A DNA stretch of 64,000 nucleotides from Podarcis pityusensis (lineage: Eukaryota): NCBI GenBank assembly GCA_964106645.2, contig OZ067053.1; one strand, given 5' to 3'. Below the pieces are notes generated by a model. That model was given only the letters and a program-made list of their open reading frames with translations, was not told the origin of the DNA and did not search any database. Positions 55,042-64,000 of this stretch are shown here, one piece after another (within the stretch, counting starts at the first letter, position 1; every line of letters starts with the position of its first letter). The position numbers were made by a program, and so were the translations under genes.

Positions 55042-58000
55042 TATTAGTACAAAATGCTTCCCTAGATTTTGGACCAGATTTATCATCCAGTGATAAAAGC
55101 TTGTCTGAGAGGGCATGATGGGTCACACATTTTATCAGGTAGGAGTTAAAATTAGTACTTCTCTTGCCGGAAAGGAGCTAGAACCTTGAAAGAAGAATGG
55201 ACTATCTATGCAGATGCAATCAAAGTGTGGACAGGTCTACAAATAGGCTAATTCTGTCCCTTAAAACCCAACATTGAAATATTACTCCCTGCCCCTGTTT
55301 ACCTCTGTGGAATTTAGATGAGAGCATCAGGCTCTCCTGAAGGGATAATAATTTGGAAATGCATGGTGTTTTCTTGACCAATTTATCTCTCTTCACTGGC
55401 AAGCAAGTTATTTTGGCCTGTCTGTGAGAAGGCATCAAAGCTGATTGTAAACTGTGGAAGCATGAAAGCTTCAGGCAGATTAATTTTTGAGCTGGAGCAA
55501 GCTACAGAAAAATGTAACTAAAAGGGAGACCAACACATACGAATTCTCTGCTCCTGAGGAGCTGAGATTGCAGTGTGAATGCAGAGTGGGACCTTGGCAA
55601 GAAAGGCAGCACCGCAAGAGGTCAAATTAATTCTCAGTGAAATCCTGTTGGCTTTAATGGAATAAAATCCCTGTTCATTAATCTGATGAAGTTGGCTGTC
55701 ACTCATGCTGCAAGATATCCTTTCACCTCTAAAGTAATCCTGAATATTTTAATAGAGATTATGAAGGCTTTGAATCAGGATACCTGAAAGCTCAGCATCC
55801 AGGTCATGTGAAGTGATAATAAGGCAAAGAGTTACACTGAGCATGTGCAGATTGTCCCTGTTTCATGGTAGCCGTATCCAGACCCCCACAAGTCTCCTGC
55901 TTTAGGTTCCTCATCAGGATTTACTTCTTTCATTAAACCTTTGGCCTAATCTCATAATTCTCATCCTGATCCAAAATTATGTCTAAAATTTAACTAAATT
56001 TCTCACCTACTCTCTGTGTGAAACTTCATTTATCCTTTCTCCCCCCTTTTTTGTCTCCCTCACAATACAAATATAGTTTGTGAGAAAGACCTATAGTGCA
56101 AGGGTTTTTCCACTTCTCTTATTCTGCAATGTTAATGGCGCTGTATATATGAAGGCGGGAAAGAAATTGAATAAATGTGTGCGCGCGCACACACACACTT
56201 TCTCTCTCTCTCTCTCTCTCCTATGAAAATACAATATCTTGGCTAATGGTACTTAGTATAATTGTCCATTCCATTATGACCAAATATGTTACTTTTAGGT
56301 GCCAGGCAAAAATGTTTCTTTTCATACAGGCTTTTGGCCTTTAACTAGGAGTGTTTTAGATTTTGTGGCCTCCACTAATGGGTGGGATGTGTTAAATTGC
56401 CTTTTATGCATATAAATGCTTTTAGCTTTTCTGTTTAGTTTTATCTTGGTTTTATTTTTTATTATACCAAATGTGTAAGAAATAATAATAATTACAAAAT
56501 ATAGCTCACTGGACAGAATATTAATCAGCCCTGAATACTAAAATATACACACAAGTACCTTCCACTTTGGATTATACTATTCTAGTCTATTGACCTGATA
56601 TTCCTTCTTCATCTATCTGTATTAGAACCAGACCCCAACATTCTGTCATAGGTTGACCTAAACACAGATTCAATATGGGACCTGTGAAAGAGGATAGGGA
56701 GTCAGACAGAAGCATTCTTGATTCATAATGGACGGGAACTGATCCCATTGTTTTGTCCTTTATAAGTTAATTGCTTGTTATCTTCTCCTATGGGGAAAAA
56801 GCTGTGCATGAGGTCAATGAGGGTAGCATTTCTCTCTGCTCTGACACTAGATGACCCAACCCTCTCTGACAGGCTATATATTGGACTACAACTCCTATTC
56901 GTTCCAGCAGTGCTACCTGAGGATCATGGGAGTTTGTAGTCTGAAACATCTGGAGAGTATCAGATTGGTGAAGGCTGCCGTGGGGTGTAATTTTCCATTT
57001 CCTCCAAACCTGAGTGGTGCCAAAGGAGGAAGTTTTGGGACAGGAGTTGGAGCAGCCAAGGAGCTGTCCAGCAGGATCTGGAAGGCTGGACAGGGGACCT
57101 CCCTCTCACAGCTGTTGCACCAACAATTTGCAATCAGTAACTGATGGTTTTACAGTAGACCAGGCTCTGCCTCTTCTGGCATCTCTATGGGGCTCTGATC
57201 CAGAGCATGCACTAGTACTTACCTCCTCTTCCCAAGCAGGACTGAGGACAGGGAGGCTTCAGTCTTCCAAACAGTTTGGGGTTTTAGCACAGGGAAACAT
57301 TTGGTCCCTCATTATTGCAGCCTCCTCAAGAGGGGAATAATTCAGTTCTTTCTTAGGAGTTGTTAACTTCCCAGAGTCCCCATCTGTGCTGGGGCTCTTC
57401 TTCTCTGTGGAGAAAGTATGGTTTGGTTCAGGGTCTGCACATAGGCAGGTACTGATACAGATTCATTCTGGTATTTAGACAGAGGACATCCTCCACTCCC
57501 ACTCTGGTCTTTGCAATGCAAAAGCTTTCCCTCTGCATACATCCTGCCCATCATCATGGTGGGTATTTCACTAGCAAAGAGTTGCAGTCATCTGGCATTA
57601 GGAGGAAGGCATTTCAGCTCAGAGAGTGTGGCTTGTTTCAGGCCCCAGCACTGAAGTACTGGAGAATTTGTAGATACAGAATGAATCAGGGCTTCCATCT
57701 TCATTGCCACAATGTGTTAGTGGACAAAGCATTTTTAAAAAATGAATGAAAGCATAAATGAGATTTGGTCTCAAGAAGGACATCTGCTTAAAATCATCAT
57801 GCACTCACCCCACATTATGTAAGGTGGCAGATTTGTTAGTTATGCTGGTGGCTGTCCTTAATATGTGTGACAATGGAGTTCTCTTTGATGCTCAAATGTC
57901 AGGCCAGTGTTTAATGGCTTTGCCTGGAGTTAAGCAAAGCACAGGAGGGTGCCATTCAAAATCCCCATGCAGTTCAGCCAGTTCATCCAAATGCTGACCT

Positions 58001-58752
58001 GCAATGCCCTTTCTATTTCAGGTTTGGGCCCCATCCATATAGATGCAGACAATATTCAACCTTCTCTCCATCAGACAATAGCCTAGACTGTTGTATGTGT
58101 GCAGATGGATAAATAGGGATATACTTAAGTGTTCACTGCTATCCAGGTTGAAACCAGGTAGTTCCATTACATTTCAGTCCAATTTTAGCTACAGTTCTTA
58201 AGCTGTGGAGTTCACACTATATGACCAGACCACTGTGACTCTCAGTGTTTGTTGCTGTTGTCATAACTGCTCACAGAAATTAACTTCCCAATTATCCTAT
58301 AACTCAGCAGTGAAAGAATGTGAGCGGAAAACTATTTTAACTTTCCTATTGAGCAAAACATAGATGGTGAAATGGTGGTAGAGGAAACTAATCTATTCCT
58401 CATACATTTTAGGCCATGTGCACGCAAACAGGTCTCCCCCACTGGTTGCTGTGACAAGTAGGATTCGGTGCTATCTCAGCAAGTGAAGGAAGAGAGAGCA
58501 GAAAGCTGTTGTTGGAGGAATCCATTACCAGATCCTGGTTTTGATTGTTTTTGTGGGCTCTCATGTACCCGAGTAACATTGGGCCCACTCATAGCAGCTG
58601 CCACCCACCCACTTTCTTAACTCCTCGGTAGTTAGGTAATTTAGGACTCTGGACTTAACCAACTGACACCTGCCTATTCTCCACAGTGGGGCAGAACCAG
58701 ATAGTGACAGTGAAGAGTGGATGGAGCAGCAAAAGTTGCTGAAATTGCCCAG

Positions 58753-58990
58753 GGAACATAAGGACACCAGAAGAGCCCTGTTGGATCAGACCAGAAGCCC
58801 ATGCAGTCCAACATCCTGTTATGCTGCTGGCCAACCAGGTGCTGATGGGAAGCCCATCAGGAGAACAGGAGTGCAAGAGCTCTCACTCACTGTTGTTCTC
58901 CAACAACTGGTGTTCAGCGGCGGGCTGCTGCCTTAGTACTTAGCTACCATGACCAATAGCCATTGATAGCCTTATCTTACATGAACCTGT
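58753..58990 (-). mobile_element. CR1 LINE 3'-end fragment
   Basis: GAACATAAG...AGAAGAGCCCTGTTGGATCAGACCAGAAGCCCAT..AGTCCAACATCCTGTT resembles the squamate CR1 3' terminus; boundaries approximate. Confidence 0.55.
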
Positions 58991-59869
58991 GAATCCCATC
59001 TCACAGGTAGGTAAGTAGGCTAGGGTAGCAAAACAGGAGCAGTAAGATGGCCACTGCTGTCCAGCAGCACATTCAAGAGGGCTGCCATTAGTGGAGGGGG
59101 GTGCAGCTGCCCTGCTATGCCAACCACTGACACTAGTCTGGGTCTGGGGGATTGACTGGGAGGCTAAATTAGAAAGCTGTAGGCCTGCGTTGCCGTCTGG
59201 CAGCCTATAAACATTGCCTGCAATTGCATAAAAATTAGAAGATGATAAAGCTGCATTTCTCTGATAGAATAAAACAGTTTAAATATAGCAACTACAGTTG
59301 GGTATTTTTGTAGTCATCTTGCTCTTTGATATCATGGGAATATGTCAAGCTCTATTTAAAAAGCTTAAAGCTTTGAACTACTTTTTTATTTTAAGAAATA
59401 CATTTTAGGTGATTGGAATAGTTATACAAACCCAGTAAGGGAAAACTTCTCATATGTTGTTTTAAGTTTATGTAAACGGAACAATTATTTGTGTGTCTGT
59501 GTGTATTATCTTTCTTGCCAGGCAATAGTGGGTGTTCCTGTTAGCATCAGGAGGTTGAAACTGGCAAGAGTCCTGAGATTATGGCTTCAAAAGGCAGCAG
59601 CTGAATTTCAATGACTTTTCAAATGGGGCTGTTCATCCCTCTCTGCATTTGTTCACAATATAAGTAATGCCAGTGAATCAGTTTCTATGAGCTGTGGGAT
59701 GAAGAGTCAAAGTCTGGGTTGTTGGTATGTTTCTTTCTTTAATTCTCTCCCCCCCCCCCCCACAAACCTCCACATTAATATTTTGTTTGTCAGGAACATT
59801 CCTGTTTTGGAACCAGCTTTCAAAACTGTCCTATTCATTGCCTCTGCGTGATTGAATTTTGTATGTACC

Positions 59870-60260
59870 TACCTGGATCCTGAGATCATCAGTTGCCCTT
59901 TTCCCAGTACCTCCATAAGCTAATATATGAAAAGTGGCAAAGAGAATTTGAGTAATTTTGAGAGGTAGTTCCTGGTTATGGAATACTCTCCCCAGAATGG
60001 CTTACCTGGCACCAAATTTTCAGCACCAGGTAAAGTCCCTCACTCTGTCAAGGCCAGTTAATTATCTGCATTTCACTGTTTTAGGCTGATGGCTTTAGCT
60101 CTGTGTGGATTTCTGCTAGCTGCTGGATTATATAATTTTTGTTAAATTGTGTTAATATTTTCTCTGATGTCATTTGGCGTTTTTGTGTTTTTGTGCTGCT
60201 ACTGGTTGATCTTATTATTATTTTAGTCTATTTTATGCTGTGCATTTTCTATACAACCTT
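59870..60260 (+). mobile_element. Degenerate L2-like LINE 3' fragment
   Basis: TGGAATACTCTCCCCAG...CTGGCACC...TTTCAGCACCAGGTAAAG pattern resembles L2 3' ends; heavily diverged. Confidence 0.4.
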
Positions 60261-61995
60261 GGGTAGTGGGTCACTAATACATGCAACACACATACATTAT
60301 TTAAAAATTCAAATTCTTTTTGGACATGAAGTTTGTGGTTAAGTCACAATGGGATGATTTTATCTTTTCAATTTTGTGTACTGAATTGGAAGTCACAGCC
60401 TTCTCCAGTCCTGCGCCACTAGCCCAGGTGCTTTTGGCTGCCTGAAATGTGTCCTCAAACTGTGATATTGCCTCTTGCTTGTCTTGGTGAAAAGGTGTGT
60501 GCATGTGTGTTTCTAAACCCCTGGCTTTTGCAAAGTCAAAGGGGGTCACAACGGTTGCTTTGCTCATTCAGAGAATCTTGCTCTCTCACTTTTTGCTGCA
60601 GTCCTGCCCACCACGGACATGCAACCCCCAGAAGGAATGTGGTTCTCAGCCTGAAAAGATTTCAGTGGAACCATAGTAGCCCCAACTCAGTGGGAGTCAA
60701 TGACAACTAAAGGCAGCAGCGCCCCTTGAAATGAAGAAGTGCCTCACTGAAAAGTGGTGCTAATAGCGACAGTAGAACTGTTTAAGGCTCAGTCTGAGAA
60801 TGACTGTTGCTGAAGCAACATTTGAGCTCTGCTTTTCCAAATTCTCCAGCCTGAGCCCTGCATAGAGTTCTCCAGGGTGCTACCGAAACTTGCCTTGCCT
60901 CTGTACTGCTAAGGCTGCTCCTCAAATCAGAATATTATATTGCAGAGAAATAAAAAGAAAACTTTATGGCTTCTAGAAAGACTTGCCTTTCTCATTTCTG
61001 CTGTTTGTTCCCTGGTTATTCCTCATTTGGAAGACTAGGGGCTTGTCCACCCCAGAGTTCACTGGGTGTTCATTGTGTCTTTACATTTCCATTTAATTTG
61101 CATAGTCCACAAGTAATTATCTTCAAATAACTCCAATATTGATGATTCTCCCCTGTGAATTTGGGGTTACCCAATATGGAAATTATCCAATAAATTGAGG
61201 GAAATTGATCTCTAAACTTCTGCACTTGAGGGTCACAGATTATTTGGGGTTTTTTTGGGGGGGGGTGGCTTAGTCATCACTTTCTGCCACTACTTCCTCA
61301 ATGCTTTCATTGCTTTTCTGGCTGTGCTTGTAACAATATGCCGTGCTCTCCTAAATGAAGGAGCTCACTCTTGATCCCTCAGATTTGCATGAAATCATAA
61401 AAATGCAAAGCAAACCACTCCATATGATTGTGCTGAGAATTTACAATTGCCTGACTCTGTGCTTTTGTGCACTTCCTGGGCAGGGTTTTATTTTTTGAGG
61501 TGCCTGCACAGCTATTGATGTGCATGCTCTGTTGGTACTTAATCAGCATAATATAATAAAGAAATTAGAAGATGGGGACATACACAAAAGGTAACCCCTA
61601 CTGGTATGAATGAGAAAGACCCAACTAGCTCCTGACATACAAATCCAAGCATGTGCGGGTGTAGATGACTGGCCTAATTTGAAGGTGGGGGAGCGGATTA
61701 ACAGCTAAATAATGCTCCAACACAGACAAGCCCTACTAATGTACTGTATATTGGCCCTCTTGGTTTGCCATGCAAAGAAGTGTTTGACCCCCCTCTCAGG
61801 CTCTGCACTTTCACTTTTGGTTCTGTGTTGCCAGCAACAGTTTGCTGTATGACATTTTCTCAGTAGGTTTCTTCTTACTGACGTTCTTGATAGCAAAGGC
61901 TCTGTGTGGCTTCTATAATGTTTATAAAAAAATGAATTCAACTATCTCAGCCCTCAAAAATATATGACAATAAAAACTCTGTATTAACAAGGTGA

Positions 61996-62358
61996 GGGAC
62001 GCGGGTAGCGCTGTGGGTAAAACCTCAGTGCCTAGGACTTGCTGATCTTATGGTCGGCAGTTCGAATCCCCGCGGCGGGGTGAGCTCCCGTCTTTCGGTC
62101 CCAGCTCCTGCCCACCTAGCAGTTCGAAAGCACTCTTAAGTGCAAGTAGATAAATAGGTACCGCTTTATAGCGGGAAGGTAAACGGCGTTTCCGTGTGCT
62201 GCGCTGGTGCCGGCTCGCCAGAGCAGCTTTGTCACGCTGGCCACGTGACCCGGAAGTGTCTCCGGACAGCGCTGGCTCCCGGCCTCCTAAGTGAGATGAG
62301 CGCACAACCCTAGAGTCGGACACGACTGGCCCGTATGGGCAGGGGTACCTTTACCTTT
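61996..62358 (+). mobile_element. Full-length Sauria SINE
   Basis: tRNA-like head with B box GTTCGAATCC; (ACCTTT)n-type tail GGGGTACCTTTACCTTT; TSD TTAACAAGGTGA at 61984-61995 and 62359-62370; CpGs retained. Confidence 0.92.
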
Positions 62359-63911
62359 TTAACAAGGTGAGGTGAAATGGGAATGTGCTTCCTCCCTGCC
62401 GCTGTGCTCCCCGCTTCCACTGTGTGCCGAAAACTGCCCCCTCTTGTTGAATTCTGCAAGAGCAGGGAACGTTCCACAAGACCTTGGTGCTTGACTTCTC
62501 TGCCCCAGGGGCAAGGAAGATGAGTGGCAATGCTGCATGCCAGAACACTTGCCTGTCATTGGTACTCAGTGGGGGATGTTCCAGTGGTGGTGGAAGCAGT
62601 GGGGCAAGAGTGGTGCCGCCTCTTGCACTTCCACTGCCTGAGGCGGCTGCTTCACCCCACCTAATGGGTGAGCTGGCTCTGCATTGACAAGTTTCTCCTA
62701 AAACCCAGCCACTTAGATGGGGGGGGGGGCTAACCTATAACTCTCCAGATGTTGTTGGACTCCAACTCCCATCAGCCCCAGTCAGGATGGTCAACTGGGA
62801 TGGGAGTCACAAGTCCAACAACATCTGGAGGGTTACAGGTTCTGCATCCCTGCTCCAAAGATTTAACCTAAACAGGATATGCCCAGAAGAGACTTTGAGC
62901 CCAGAGAACAACATTCACAGAGAGTTCCCAGAGCTCAATATTTTGAGGCTCAGTGTCCTGCTTTTCTCTTTGCCTTGTGCATAGCTCTTATCTACGTCAG
63001 AGGGATTTATATGCTCACTGAAATTGTCCTGACCTCCAAACCCTTTTCTATTTTAGGCTGTTTGACTTCTTGACATTTTCCCGGTTATTCTCAGATGTTT
63101 TGCTGCATTTTACCTAAAGCTACACTATGCTGGAGACACATGTAAAGCCAACAGCTTTTCCTCTTTAGAGCCATTTAGTTATTTGATTCAGAAAAACGGG
63201 TTGCCAGGTTTTAGAATATTCCTGCCTGGCTGTCTCAATTCCTTTAGCAGCCTGGCATGCTAATAGGAAGTAGGTGAAGCATTTCCTGGCATGGAGGAAA
63301 ACTTTCACTTGCTAGATTTCTGGGTCAGACATAGGAGTAGAGACAGAAAAAAAGTTGGCCTTTTTTTCCAGAACATTCCACTGCAATTCAATTAACAGTT
63401 GGCTGTATTTTAACAGGTTTTTTAAATAAAAGAACCCTCTTACAGATTGCACAAACATGAATTGCAAAAGCAATATTAAATGTGCACTTCCAGATACAAT
63501 TTTTTTTGGGGGGGGGGTGAAGGATCAATATCTACATGGCAGTTATTGGGAGTACCTGATCCTTTTATGAGCAAATTTGCTCTCCACATCACACACAAAC
63601 CGAAGCACTTGCTTTCATAGGATAGGACTCAGAGATTCAGGTCGTGGTAGGAGGAAGTGCAAGGCAGAATCAAGGCAGGAACAGGCACCCAGGTGAGCAG
63701 GTAGAAGTCAAGAAAACTGACAAGTCAGGGGACAGCACTTTAGGGGTGGAATGAGGACATGAGCCAGCCCTGCCCTGTTGTGCTAAAATTATCGTTTTAA
63801 TGGGGATGGGGTTTTAACTTGGGTGGATGTTGTTTATTTGTGGGGATGTTTTAAATTGTTCTTAAGCATTATATGTTAATTTGTATTCTGTATTTGTATT
63901 TTTTGGTTATA

Positions 63912-64000
63912 CAGTGGTACCTCAGGTTAAGTACTTAATTCGTTCCGGAGGTCCGTTCTTAACCTGAAACTGTCTTTAACCTGAGGTACCACTTTAACTA
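63912..64000. mobile_element. Tigger-like MITE, left part (probably runs off the window)
   Basis: TA|CAGTGGTACCTCAGGTTAAGTACTTAATTCGTTCCGGAGGTCCG is colinear with the start of the 47554 element. Confidence 0.8.

Noticed and set aside
54415-55126. Several overlapping 130-220 aa ORFs on both strands
   Set aside because: They arise from the stop-poor GC-rich minisatellite inside the Tigger-like element; the translations are repetitive and show no transposase motifs.
55540-61800. Non-repetitive upstream blocks with scattered nuclear-receptor and MEF2-like motifs as enhancers
   Set aside because: The motifs are isolated or imperfect and cannot be supported without conservation or chromatin data.

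Overview
Vertebrate genomic DNA, very likely from a lacertid lizard (inferred from a Sauria SINE, squamate-type hAT and Tigger-like MITEs, and a reptile/fish-type L1). The window holds essentially the whole ATP2A2 (SERCA2 Ca2+-ATPase) gene on the minus strand. It has a CpG-island promoter near 52.2-52.4 kb and 20 coding exons from 51356 down to 6139. All exons were checked by hand: they splice in frame to 3129 nt, giving a 1042-aa SERCA2b protein. The internal SERCA2a donor is present at 6288/6287, but I could not find the SERCA2a terminal exon (AILE-stop), which probably lies beyond position 1. The rest is intron, 3'UTR and upstream intergenic DNA with many non-autonomous transposons and one apparently young, 5'-truncated L1 insertion. 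I found no prokaryote-type system and no additional protein-coding gene. The best candidates for something undescribed are regulatory: (1) a perfect 29-bp intronic stem that overlaps the predicted branch point of a candidate poison exon in intron 7; (2) a SERCA2c-like mini-exon encoding VLSE-stop; (3) a MITE hairpin inside the SERCA2b 3'UTR; (4) substitutions at several sites that regulate mammalian SERCA2 (S38, K585, S663, the MFWS tail). Comparisons with human SERCA2 are from memory and need confirming by alignment.
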